NCBI GenBank assembly: GCA_964497195.1 | Contig: CAZCDC010000002.1 | Span: 2,969 to 66,968, forward strand | Length of the DNA: 64,000 nt | Direction: 5' to 3' | Origin: an uncultured Rhodobacterales bacterium | Lineage (GTDB): Bacteria; Pseudomonadota; Alphaproteobacteria; Rhodobacterales; Rhodobacteraceae | Shown: piece after piece, positions 48,632-58,014 of the stretch | Layout of the letters: each line of letters opens with the position of its first letter | Numbering within the stretch: position 1 is the first letter of the stretch | Translations under genes and position numbers: made by a program | The notes under the pieces: generated by a model | What the model was told of the DNA's origin: nothing | Databases searched by the model: none | The model's input: the letters and a program-made list of their open reading frames with translations, nothing else

Positions 48632-49081
48632 ATGACATCCAAATACGGTTTATCCATCGGAGATTTGGCGGATCGAACGGGGTTGGCTGTGTCGGCCATT
48701 CGGTATTACGAAACCAAAGGTCTGATTGCACCGGAACGCAATGCGGGGGGCCAGCGGCGGTTTATGCGCAGCGATATTCGGCGGTTGTCGTTTATCATGA
48801 TCGCACAACAATTCGGGTTTTCCCTGCCGCAGATTGAGGCGGAACTGCGCCAACTTCCAAATAGTCGCCCGCCAAACAAAACCGACTGGGCACGTATCAG
48901 CACCCGTTTTCGTGATGTTCTGAATGCAAAAATCGAAACATTGGAGCGGCTGCGTGATAATCTAGATGGCTGTATCGGCTGTGGCTGTCTGTCGCTGGAT
49001 AGTTGCGCGCTTTATAACTCTGGTGATCGCGCAGGGAAGCTTGGTAAAGGACCGCGATATTTGATGGGTGATCGGCCTTAG
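48632..49081 (+). CDS. soxR: redox-sensitive transcriptional activator SoxR (MerR family, 2Fe-2S)
   Basis: MerR HTH LSIGDLADRTGLAVSAIRYYE plus the SoxR-specific cluster motif CIGCGCLSLDSC (Cx2CxCx5C). I used the ATG at 48632. Confidence 0.9.
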   Translation: MTSKYGLSIGDLADRTGLAVSAIRYYETKGLIAPERNAGGQRRFMRSDIRRLSFIMIAQQFGFSLPQIEAELRQLPNSRPPNKTDWARISTRFRDVLNAKIETLERLRDNLDGCIGCGCLSLDSCALYNSGDRAGKLGKGPRYLMGDRP

Positions 49082-50223
49082 ACTATCCATTCAACCGATG
49101 AAACACCCACAAACCGTGCCAAACGATCCAATTCGGAGTGTAGTTTTGTTTGACGAGCTTCGCTCCATTTCACATCTGTTTCAGGCCAAAACCCCGTGAC
49201 CCGCAGCCAACCTGCCTTTCGGTCAGTTTTCAGTTCAACCCGCCCAACAAAACGCGCGCCCTCCAACAGAGGATACACATAATACCCCCATTTTCGCTGA
49301 ACCTTTGGCACAAACATCTCATTACGGTATTCAAACCCAAACAGCCGTTCCAGCCGCTTTCTATCCCTGATCGCAGGGTCAAACGGATTTATAATCCGCA
49401 TTCGACTGGTCGGTTTGGCCAATTTTTCAAGCCGTTGCAAAATCTCCGGCGCAGCCAGTGCGGTTGACACTGTTCCGTTAGCGGCTTCAACTTCGATCAG
49501 TTGACGATCCCCCGCCCATTCCCGCACTTCTGCCAATTTCACAGCACCCCAAAATCGCGCAATTTCGCCATGGTTAGCCACGCCAAGGCGGTCCAATGCC
49601 GCATGGCAAAGCCACTCAATTTGCGCAGCTTCGCTTTGTTTTTCGCTATACAAATGCGCCGGAAACACGCGTTCAGCCAAATTGTAATACTTAACAAAAT
49701 TCTCTCGGTAACAGGTCGCCAGCTCTCCCGCATACCACATTTTATCCAGCGCTTTTTTGTGCGGAGGACGCGCCCACATTTCACGCTTACCCTCAACCTT
49801 TGAATCAAAAGCATGCGTGGAAAGCGCACCCTCGGACGCAATCCGCGCCTTGATCTCTTTGACCTGTGATTTGCCAAGCTTCGAATCATACCACTTATTG
49901 CGCGCCACATAATCGCCCATTGTTTTGAATTGCCGCCGCCACATCGGCAAAAACCCCATCGGGATCAGGCTGGCATCATGGGTGAAATGTTCAAATAAAT
50001 GCCGTTGTTGCAGCAGCGGCCAAAGCATATTTTCGCGGTAATTCTGATTGCGGCTCCACAAGATATGATGATGCGCACGGGTGACATTGCGGATGGTGTC
50101 AATCTGCACAAAGCCAAGGTTTTTGATGATCTCCATCACATCAAACGCGCCAGTTGGCGGGCCAGCCAAGCCATTGACCGACAACCACAATCGCCGCGCG
50201 TCTTGGTTATTGATTCGCAGCAT
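49078..50223 (-). CDS. winged-helix HTH_42 / YcaQ-AlkZ-family protein (putative interstrand-crosslink DNA glycosylase)
   Basis: N-terminus ARRLWL..NGL....GAFDVMEIIKNLGFVQIDTI contains a Q-phi-D motif (QID), which I recall as catalytic in YcaQ-type enzymes. Length is 381 aa. Confidence 0.75.
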   Translation of the reverse strand: MLRINNQDARRLWLSVNGLAGPPTGAFDVMEIIKNLGFVQIDTIRNVTRAHHHILWSRNQNYRENMLWPLLQQRHLFEHFTHDASLIPMGFLPMWRRQFKTMGDYVARNKWYDSKLGKSQVKEIKARIASEGALSTHAFDSKVEGKREMWARPPHKKALDKMWYAGELATCYRENFVKYYNLAERVFPAHLYSEKQSEAAQIEWLCHAALDRLGVANHGEIARFWGAVKLAEVREWAGDRQLIEVEAANGTVSTALAAPEILQRLEKLAKPTSRMRIINPFDPAIRDRKRLERLFGFEYRNEMFVPKVQRKWGYYVYPLLEGARFVGRVELKTDRKAGWLRVTGFWPETDVKWSEARQTKLHSELDRLARFVGVSSVEWIV

Positions 50224-50229
50224 CAGGGC

Positions 50230-51678
50230 TTAGCCATGATGCGCAGCAACCGTTTTCAGAACTGAAAACCCATACAACGCCTCAAAGCCTTTTTCGCGCC
50301 CATGGCCAGATTTCCCAACGCCGCCAAAGGGCAATTCAACCCCGCCGCCAGCGCCATAATTGTTGATAAACACCTGCCCTGCCCGCAATGCCTTGGCTAT
50401 GCGCATCTGGCGCGCACCGTTGCGTGTCCAGACAGATGCCACCAGACCATAGGCTGTGCCATTGGCAATTTTGATGGCCTCGGCCTCGTCCTCAAACGGG
50501 ATCAACACCTGCACAGGACCAAATATTTCATCCTGCGCGAGGGATTCTTCAGGGCCAATACCGCCATATAAAGTTGGTGCAAAATAGTGGCCGCCTGTTG
50601 GCGCACCTTTTACAATCTCAGCCTGCGCCAGAATACGTTTGGGATCAGCAGCCGCTACAAAACCTTCAACAATTGCTTTTTGCCGTGCAGAAATCAGCGG
50701 CCCTACATCCAGATCATCCACCGCCGGACCAACCCGTAATTGGCGGTATCGCTTGGCCATCATCGTGGCCAGTTTGTCATAAATACTGCGCTGCACCAAA
50801 ATTCGACTAGAGGCCGAGCAGGTCTGCCCAGCATTTTGAATGCCCGCATTCACCAAAAACGGCAATGCCGCATCCAGATCAGCATCATCAAATACTACTT
50901 GAGGCGACTTGCCGCCCAGCTCCAGCGTTACCGGAATAACATTGCGCCCTGCGGCTTGTTGCACCAGCTCACCCGTCGCGACCGACCCCGTAAAGGAAAT
51001 ATGTTGAACGCCTTTGTGGCTGCTAAGCGCAGCACCTGCCTCTGCGCCTAACCCCGGCACAATGTTCAGCGCGCCGGCCGGAAGCCCGGCTTCAATCGCG
51101 ATAGCACCTATTGCCAAGGCCGTCAGACAAGCCTCCTCCGCAGGTTTCAAAACACAGGCATTGCCCATCGCCAATGCTGCACCCACAGAGCGGCCAATGA
51201 TTTGCATCGGGTAATTCCACGGCACAATATGGCCGGTAACACCATGAGGTTCGCGCAAGGTATAAACCGTATATCCATCCAAATACGGAATGGTCTCGCC
51301 ATGAATTTTATCGGCCGCCCCACCGTAAAATTCGAAATACCGCGCCAAGGCCACGGCATCCGCACGGGCTTGTTTAAGCGGTTTGCCAACGTCTGCTGCC
51401 TCCAAGGCTGCCAAATGATCCACATGCCCAAGAACGGCGCGAGACATATCTGTCAGAATACGCCCACGCTCAAGCGCCGTTTTCTGGCCCCAGACCCCAT
51501 TCAATGCGGCTTGCGCTGCCATAACTGCCGCGTCTATATCCGCCTGTTGTCCCCGCGCAATGCTGGCCATTTCTTCGCCAGTTGACGGGTTTTCCAGCGC
51601 CAGTATTTCGCCCCCCACCGGGTCAACCCATGCACCGCCAATCAAGCATTTATCCGTTTCAAACCAGTCTTCGCTCAT
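50230..51678 (-). CDS. NAD(P)-dependent aldehyde dehydrogenase
   Basis: Motifs FTGS, ELGGKSP and GQTCSASSR (catalytic Cys), and EEIFGPV-like DEIFGPV. Length is 482 aa. Confidence 0.93.
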   Translation of the reverse strand: MSEDWFETDKCLIGGAWVDPVGGEILALENPSTGEEMASIARGQQADIDAAVMAAQAALNGVWGQKTALERGRILTDMSRAVLGHVDHLAALEAADVGKPLKQARADAVALARYFEFYGGAADKIHGETIPYLDGYTVYTLREPHGVTGHIVPWNYPMQIIGRSVGAALAMGNACVLKPAEEACLTALAIGAIAIEAGLPAGALNIVPGLGAEAGAALSSHKGVQHISFTGSVATGELVQQAAGRNVIPVTLELGGKSPQVVFDDADLDAALPFLVNAGIQNAGQTCSASSRILVQRSIYDKLATMMAKRYRQLRVGPAVDDLDVGPLISARQKAIVEGFVAAADPKRILAQAEIVKGAPTGGHYFAPTLYGGIGPEESLAQDEIFGPVQVLIPFEDEAEAIKIANGTAYGLVASVWTRNGARQMRIAKALRAGQVFINNYGAGGGVELPFGGVGKSGHGREKGFEALYGFSVLKTVAAHHG

Positions 51679-53261
51679 GATATTTTCTCCAATTTCGGGG
51701 CCGCTGCAATGAGGGCTTTGGTATAACTGTGTTGCGGAGCGGTGAAAACCTGTTCTGTCTCACCCGTCTCAATAATTTCGCCGGATTTCATCACCATTAC
51801 GCGGTCGGTAATCGCTCGGACAACGCTTAAATCATGGCTGATAAATAGATAGGACAGCCCCAGTCGATCAGATAAATCTGCCAACAGATCCAGAATTTGC
51901 GCGCGAATTGAAACATCCAGAGCCGAGACCGCTTCGTCCAGAATGATCAGTTCTGGTTTAATAATCAAAGCCCGCGCAATGGCAATACGTTGCCGCTGAC
52001 CGCCGGAAAATTCATGGATATATTTATCCGCGTCCAGCGCTTGCATGCCGACCTCGATCAAAGCCTGCTCAACGGCTTGCCGCCGCTCCCCCCCTTTTGG
52101 TGCATCATCCAAAAGGTGAAACGGTTCCGCGACAAGGCGCGCAACTTTGTGGCGCGGGTTGAAACTACCGTAAGGATCTTGAAAAACCACCTGCATTTTG
52201 CGGCGCAATTCACGCGGGACTTTATACCCTGCCGTCACCGCTTGCCCGTCGATCTCGATTGTGCCCGATTGCACCGCATCCAGCCCCAGAATGGCGCGTG
52301 TCAGGGTCGATTTCCCGCAGCCGCTTTCGCCAACCAAGCCAAGGCTCTCACCGCGTTTTACAGTGAAACTCACATCATTAACCGCGCGGAGCAATGGCGG
52401 TTTGCCAAAAACCGATTTGCGCGGCAAAACGTAATCTCGCACTAAGCCCGACACCTTAAGGATTGGTGCATCCAATGGCTCGGCTTTGCGCTCAGGCACA
52501 TGGCTTGAGGCCTCAAACAACGCGCGGGTATAGGGGTGGTTCATCTCGTTAAAAATCTGTTTGGTAGGGCCGGAATCAACCACCTTACCGCGCCGCATAA
52601 TGACGATATGATCCGCAATATTGGCCACCACCGCCAGATCATGGGAGATCAGCAGCAAACCCATACCATCCTCGCGCACCAGTTTTTGCAGCAGGTCCAG
52701 AATTTGCGCTTGGGTGGTTACATCCAGCGCAGTCGTTGGTTCATCCGCAATCAGTAATTTGGGCCGCAGCGCAATGGCCATGGCGATCACAACCCGTTGG
52801 CGCTGCCCGCCTGACAGCTCGTGCGGATAACGCCCCAGCGGGAATTCGGCCTCGGGAAGACCCACGCGGTTCAAGGTTTCGCGGGCTATTTTCCGAGCTT
52901 CTGATTTTTTGGCCCCGCCATGAATAAGCACAGTTTCTGCCACCTGTGCACCAATGGTTTGCACAGGGTTTAGGGCTGTCATGGGTTCTTGAAACACCAT
53001 ACCGATATCTTGGCCACGAATGCCACACAGGTCTTTTTCTGAGCTGGTCAGCATGTCTTGGCCATCAAACATCACCTGCCCCGTTGCCAATGAGCCACGT
53101 GGCAATAACTGATTCACGCAATACGCGGTCATGGATTTGCCCGAGCCGCTCTCGCCAATGATGGCCACAATTTTACTCGCCTCAGCAGTCAGTGATACAT
53201 CTCGCAGGATTTCCGTGCCGTTTATCGACAGGTTCAGGTTTTTGATTTGCAGCAGGCTCAT
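51675..53261 (-). CDS. ABC transporter ATP-binding protein, duplicated ATPase (DppD/DppF-like fusion)
   Basis: Two Walker A motifs ([18 protein letters not shown]) and two signature motifs ([16 protein letters not shown]). Confidence 0.93.
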   Translation of the reverse strand: MSLLQIKNLNLSINGTEILRDVSLTAEASKIVAIIGESGSGKSMTAYCVNQLLPRGSLATGQVMFDGQDMLTSSEKDLCGIRGQDIGMVFQEPMTALNPVQTIGAQVAETVLIHGGAKKSEARKIARETLNRVGLPEAEFPLGRYPHELSGGQRQRVVIAMAIALRPKLLIADEPTTALDVTTQAQILDLLQKLVREDGMGLLLISHDLAVVANIADHIVIMRRGKVVDSGPTKQIFNEMNHPYTRALFEASSHVPERKAEPLDAPILKVSGLVRDYVLPRKSVFGKPPLLRAVNDVSFTVKRGESLGLVGESGCGKSTLTRAILGLDAVQSGTIEIDGQAVTAGYKVPRELRRKMQVVFQDPYGSFNPRHKVARLVAEPFHLLDDAPKGGERRQAVEQALIEVGMQALDADKYIHEFSGGQRQRIAIARALIIKPELIILDEAVSALDVSIRAQILDLLADLSDRLGLSYLFISHDLSVVRAITDRVMVMKSGEIIETGETEQVFTAPQHSYTKALIAAAPKLEKIS

Positions 53262-54088
53262 GATCTATCCCGCCCGATTTTGGGGTCAAACAAGTCGCGC
53301 AAAGCATCCCCCATCAGGTTCAATCCCAAAACCGTCAGCACAATCGCAGCGCCCGGAAACAGCGCCAGATGCGGCGCAAATGAAACCATGGTTTGGCTGT
53401 CGGCCAGCATTCTTCCCCAGCTAGGAATGGGGGGCTGCGCGCCAAGACCGATATAAGAAAGCGCAGCTTCGGCCAAAATACCCAGTGAAAATTGGATCGT
53501 GCCCTGCACAATCAGCAGATTAAGGATATTGGGCAGGATATGTTCCGCCGAAATCCGAAACGCGCCTTTTCCCGCCACCCGCGCCGATAACACAAAATCG
53601 CGCGTCCACAGCGACAGCGCCGCACCGCGCGAAAGCCGCGCGAAAACCGGAATATTGAATATGCCAATCGCGATGATGGCATTAACCGCAGATGGTCCAA
53701 ACACCGCCGTGATCAAAATGGCAATCAACAGTGCCGGAAACGCAAAAACCAGATCATTACCGCGCATGATAATTTCATCAATCAGTGACCCTTTGCGCGC
53801 CGCAGCCATTAGCCCCAGCGGCACGCCCAGCCCCATGCCAATGCCCACCGCAACCACAGCCACCGCAATTGAAGTGCGCGCGCCAACCATCAGCATCGAG
53901 AAAATATCACGCCCCAAATGATCAGTGCCAAACCAGTTCAGCGCATCAGGCGGATGCAATTTATTGGGCACATCCACGATATCGGTGGGAAACGGTGCCC
54001 AGAAAAACGACACAAATGCCGCCAGCACAAATGTCATGGCCAAGATAAAACCGATGGTAAAACCGGGCATTCTAAAGGCGGATTTCAT
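53258..54088 (-). CDS. ABC transporter permease (DppC/OppC-like)
   Basis: LGTDHLGRDIFS motif and a BPD-transporter core. It overlaps both neighbours by 4 nt. Confidence 0.9.
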   Translation of the reverse strand: MKSAFRMPGFTIGFILAMTFVLAAFVSFFWAPFPTDIVDVPNKLHPPDALNWFGTDHLGRDIFSMLMVGARTSIAVAVVAVGIGMGLGVPLGLMAAARKGSLIDEIIMRGNDLVFAFPALLIAILITAVFGPSAVNAIIAIGIFNIPVFARLSRGAALSLWTRDFVLSARVAGKGAFRISAEHILPNILNLLIVQGTIQFSLGILAEAALSYIGLGAQPPIPSWGRMLADSQTMVSFAPHLALFPGAAIVLTVLGLNLMGDALRDLFDPKIGRDRS

Positions 54089-55029
54089 ACGCGCCTCCGC
54101 AGCCGGGGATCAACGTAAGCATAGGCGATATCGACCAGAAACGTCACCATAATAACCGCAAAAACCAACAACATCACCACCGATTCCACCACAATCAGGT
54201 CACGCTGGCTGATGGCCGTGAAAATCAGACTGCCCAGTCCGGGCAGGAAAAATAGTTTTTCGATGATGATTGCCCCCGCCATCAAAAATGAAAACTGCAA
54301 GCCAATGATGGTCAGCACCGGAATCATTGCGTTACGCAACGCATGATGTGTTATGGCCCCCCAGCGGGTGCGGCCTTTGGCGCGGGCGGTGCGCATAAAA
54401 TCCTCGGAAAGGGTATCAATCAGGCTGGAGCGCATGACCCGCGCCAAAATCGACGCTTGCGGCAAAGCCAACACAAATGCGGGCAGCGTCAAAGCCTTCA
54501 TCCCCAGCCAGAAATCATCCCAGCCCGGAAAACCGCCAGCGGTAAACCATTGGTATTTGATCGCCAATAATTGCACCATAATCATGGCAAACCAAAAATT
54601 CGGGATCGCCACGCCCATCTGTGTGCCCCCCATCACCATCCAATCCGCAAATGTCCCGCGCTTTGAGGCCGCAAGAATGCCAATCGGAAACGCAATCAGC
54701 GTTGACAAGCCCAGCGCATAAAACGCCAGCGGCAGCGACACCCAAAGCCGGTTTGACACCATTTCCGCCACCGGCACGCGGTAAGTATAGGAAATACCAA
54801 AATCCCCGCGCAACATGCCGGAAACCCAGTCAAAATATCGCGTGAAACCCGATTGATTAAGGCCAAGCTGTTCGCGCAAAACCTCAACAGCGTCCGGCGT
54901 TGCGTTGATGCCCAGCATATAGCTGGCGGCATCCCCGGGGATGACTTCGATGGCAATAAAGATCACTATGCTGGCCGCAATCAGGCTCAGCCCCAGTGAA
55001 ATCAGACGTTTTAGGATATATCTTAGCAT
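54085..55029 (-). CDS. ABC transporter permease (DppB/OppB-like)
   Basis: MLRYILKRL... N-terminus and the EDFMRTARAKG motif typical of DppB/OppB. I used the ATG at 55029 because the track start is a GTG. Confidence 0.9.
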   Translation of the reverse strand: MLRYILKRLISLGLSLIAASIVIFIAIEVIPGDAASYMLGINATPDAVEVLREQLGLNQSGFTRYFDWVSGMLRGDFGISYTYRVPVAEMVSNRLWVSLPLAFYALGLSTLIAFPIGILAASKRGTFADWMVMGGTQMGVAIPNFWFAMIMVQLLAIKYQWFTAGGFPGWDDFWLGMKALTLPAFVLALPQASILARVMRSSLIDTLSEDFMRTARAKGRTRWGAITHHALRNAMIPVLTIIGLQFSFLMAGAIIIEKLFFLPGLGSLIFTAISQRDLIVVESVVMLLVFAVIMVTFLVDIAYAYVDPRLRRRV

Positions 55030-55068
55030 ACCAATATTGCGGCCCACACAAAGCAGGCCGCATTGATT

Positions 55069-56544
55069 TTATTCAGACCAATACACAGCCGTCAGGTCGG
55101 TTGCCTGCGTCGGAGAATTTTCCCATAACCCAACGATATTTTTGTTGGCAACGCCGGTTTTGGCCAGTTGGAACAAGAACCCGTTCACATCATCCGCCGC
55201 CATCAAACGCTGAGCGTCTTGCATCAGGGCCATGCGCGCGTCGGGGTCGGTTTCTGCATTCAGGGTTTCCATCAACGCCTGATATTCAGCGCTATCATAT
55301 TGGTAATAATAATCGGGGTTGGCGTAAGTGCCAAAATCCATCGGTTCGGTATGCGAAACGATGGTCAGGCCAAAATCGAGACCTTTGAACACTTCTTCAA
55401 CCCAAGTGCCCCATTCCAGATTGCTGACTTCGGTTTGAATGCCAACCTCGCGCAGTTGTGCGGCGATAATTTCACCGCCGCGCCGTGCATAGGATGGTGG
55501 TGGCAGTTTCAGCGTGGTGGTAAATCCATCCGCAAACCCGGCCTCGGCCAGCAAGGCGCGTGCCAGATCAGGATCATAATTCGATTCCCCCGTCAGGTCG
55601 ATATAGGCGGGATTATGCGGGGCAAAATGGCTGCCGATCGGGGTGCCATAACCAAACATTGCACCATCAATAATCGCGCTGCGATCAATTGCGTGGGAAA
55701 GCGCTTTGCGCACCAGCGGGTTATCAAAGGGTGGCATTTTGTTGTTGGTGGTCAGAATTGTCTCACCCTCGGTGGAACCAATGATGACAGTAAAACGCGG
55801 GTCCGCATCAAATTGCGGCAGGTTTTCCGGCGCCGGAAATGTCGGGAATGCATCAATATCACCGGCCATCATCGCGGCAAAAGCAGCGGTAGGATCAGAG
55901 ATATATTTGATGCTCACGGTTTCCAGAATCGCCGGCGTGCCCCAATAATTCGGATTGCGAGACAGGTGAATACTGTCGCCCTGCACCCAATTGGTGAACA
56001 TAAACGCGCCGGTGCCGTTGGGAGCGGTTTTGAGCGCCTCAACATCGTCGCCCTCATTCAGGATAATCGCGTCACCCCATGCCATGTTGAACAAAAACCC
56101 GCCATTCACACCATCAAGCGTGACAACAACCGTGGTATCATCTGTGGCAGAAACATCGGTAATTCCGGCAAAAAGGCCCTTTTGCGCATTGGTGCTGTCC
56201 TCGCTTCGCGCGCGGTTTAGCGAATAAACCACGTCAGATGCGGTCATCTCCGATCCGTCATGAAATTTTACACCATCATGCAGGTGAAACGTATAAGTCA
56301 GACCATCCTCGGAAATGTCCCAGCTTTTGGCCAGCCCGGCAATGACACCACCGTCTGAAGCAAACCGCGTAAGGCCTTCATAAATATTGGAATAAACTAC
56401 ATTATCAATTGCACCGGGCGCGCCCGCTGTCGGGTCCAGATGCGGTGGCTCCAGCTGATCACCGATATTGATATGGGTGTTTTGAGCCATTGCCATGCTG
56501 GCAGTTAGCGCCAACGCGCTTGCGCCTGTTAAGAAATATTTCAT
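55069..56544 (-). CDS. ABC transporter substrate-binding protein, family 5 (peptide/nickel/opine type)
   Basis: Signal peptide (ALALTASMAMAQ), then YEGLTRF...KFHDGSEMTASDVVYS, typical of SBP_bac_5. Confidence 0.9.
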   Translation of the reverse strand: MKYFLTGASALALTASMAMAQNTHINIGDQLEPPHLDPTAGAPGAIDNVVYSNIYEGLTRFASDGGVIAGLAKSWDISEDGLTYTFHLHDGVKFHDGSEMTASDVVYSLNRARSEDSTNAQKGLFAGITDVSATDDTTVVVTLDGVNGGFLFNMAWGDAIILNEGDDVEALKTAPNGTGAFMFTNWVQGDSIHLSRNPNYWGTPAILETVSIKYISDPTAAFAAMMAGDIDAFPTFPAPENLPQFDADPRFTVIIGSTEGETILTTNNKMPPFDNPLVRKALSHAIDRSAIIDGAMFGYGTPIGSHFAPHNPAYIDLTGESNYDPDLARALLAEAGFADGFTTTLKLPPPSYARRGGEIIAAQLREVGIQTEVSNLEWGTWVEEVFKGLDFGLTIVSHTEPMDFGTYANPDYYYQYDSAEYQALMETLNAETDPDARMALMQDAQRLMAADDVNGFLFQLAKTGVANKNIVGLWENSPTQATDLTAVYWSE

Positions 56545-56553
56545 TATACTCTC

Positions 56554-57849
56554 CTAGTTTTGCGGGAAAGGCCCCGTCAGCAGTTCAGCAAGGGCAAGAC
56601 CCATTACCTTGGCAGAGTCCAGCATATCGCTGACCTCGATATATTCATCCGGCTGGTGCGCGAGGTCCAATATCCCCGGTCCATAAGCAATACAGTTCTT
56701 CATCTTGCCGATGCGGTCAATGTGTTTTTGATCATACGTGCCGGGCGACACCACATATTGCGGTTTCTTGCCCAAGACATCCTCGATGGCTTTTGAAATG
56801 GTGGTGACCACGGGCGCATCGCGGTCTGTCATGGTGGGAAGCACACGGTGGATTTCTCGCATATCGTAACGAAAATCCGGGCGTTCGGATTTGACCTTCT
56901 CCAGAACATCACGAATTTCTGCCTCCACATCCTCAATATTTTCTTCCAGCAAAAACCGCCTATCGACGATCATTTTGGCACTGTCAGGCACGCAAGGGCT
57001 GGGCAGCCCCGTAAAGCCCTGCTCCGGTTCCGCCTGCCCTCCGTGGATAGAATTGATGTTCATTGTTGATTGTTTTGCGCCCTCTGGCACCACCGGCATT
57101 TCGGTGCGTTTTTTGGCCAAGGCCGGGAATAAACTGGCCTCCATTTCTGCCATCACAGCCCCCATATGGCGCACTGCACAATCGCCCAGAAACGGCATGG
57201 AGCCATGGGCAATACGGCCATGGGTTTCGATTTCAGCCCAAAACACACCTCGGTGGCCAAGGCATATACGGTCTTTGTTGAGCGGTTCAGGGATGATCAC
57301 ATGCTGCACACGTTCCGGCGAAAAATAACCTTTTTCCGACAGATATGCCACGCCGCCAAACCCGCCGGTTTCCTCGTCCGCTGTGCCCGAAATTTCAATC
57401 GCGCCAGAAAAATCTGGGTAAATTTCAAGAAACGCCTCAACCGCGATAATTGAGGTCGCCAGCCCGCCCTTCATATCACAGGCCCCGCGCCCGTATATCT
57501 TGCCGTCCTTCAGCTCTCCGCCAAAGGGGTCAAATGTCCAGTCTTTGCCGATTTCGACCACATCCGTATGGCTATTGAAATGTACGCATTGACCGGGGCG
57601 CGCGCCCTCGCGCCGTGCAATAATATTCCAGCGCGGGTACTTATCGCTATCGCCGGGGGTATCAAATGCGCGGATCAGTTCGATCTCAAAACCGCTTTTC
57701 TTAAGCCGGTCCGACAAGTATTCGCAAATTTTTCTATAATTCTCACCCGGCGGATTAAGGGTGGGAATTTGGATCAACTCTTGCGTCAGCGTAATCAGCT
57801 CATCGCGCTTTGATACAATAGTATTTAGCAAATTTTGACGTTTATCCAT
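56554..57849 (-). CDS. M20-family metallopeptidase/deacylase (ArgE/DapE-like)
   Basis: HFNSHTDVV, GACDMKGG and ADEETGG metal-ligand motifs. It is the first gene of the 7-gene minus-strand operon. Confidence 0.88.
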   Translation of the reverse strand: MDKRQNLLNTIVSKRDELITLTQELIQIPTLNPPGENYRKICEYLSDRLKKSGFEIELIRAFDTPGDSDKYPRWNIIARREGARPGQCVHFNSHTDVVEIGKDWTFDPFGGELKDGKIYGRGACDMKGGLATSIIAVEAFLEIYPDFSGAIEISGTADEETGGFGGVAYLSEKGYFSPERVQHVIIPEPLNKDRICLGHRGVFWAEIETHGRIAHGSMPFLGDCAVRHMGAVMAEMEASLFPALAKKRTEMPVVPEGAKQSTMNINSIHGGQAEPEQGFTGLPSPCVPDSAKMIVDRRFLLEENIEDVEAEIRDVLEKVKSERPDFRYDMREIHRVLPTMTDRDAPVVTTISKAIEDVLGKKPQYVVSPGTYDQKHIDRIGKMKNCIAYGPGILDLAHQPDEYIEVSDMLDSAKVMGLALAELLTGPFPQN

Positions 57850-58014
57850 GGCAGCCCCCTGCGTGAGTTTTGATCAAATTTCTGCCAGTCGCAAGGGGCA
57901 GTGGTGAAAATTTTATTGGGGTTTTTACGTGCGAATACAAAAAATGCGCATAAGCTTAGACGGATTAGAAGATCAAATTATTCAAACTAACTATATCAAC
58001 GAAATGGATTTCCC

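Noticed and set aside
55168-56220. A 350-aa plus-strand ORF, and similar long antisense ORFs at 40733-41515, 8698-9291, 30032-30751, 35418-36053 and 5146-5547.
   Set aside because: Each lies entirely antisense to a confidently identified gene (SBP, A2M, purF, secD, galE, mlaE). The translations are Arg/Gly/His-rich with no recognisable motifs. These are typical shadow ORFs.
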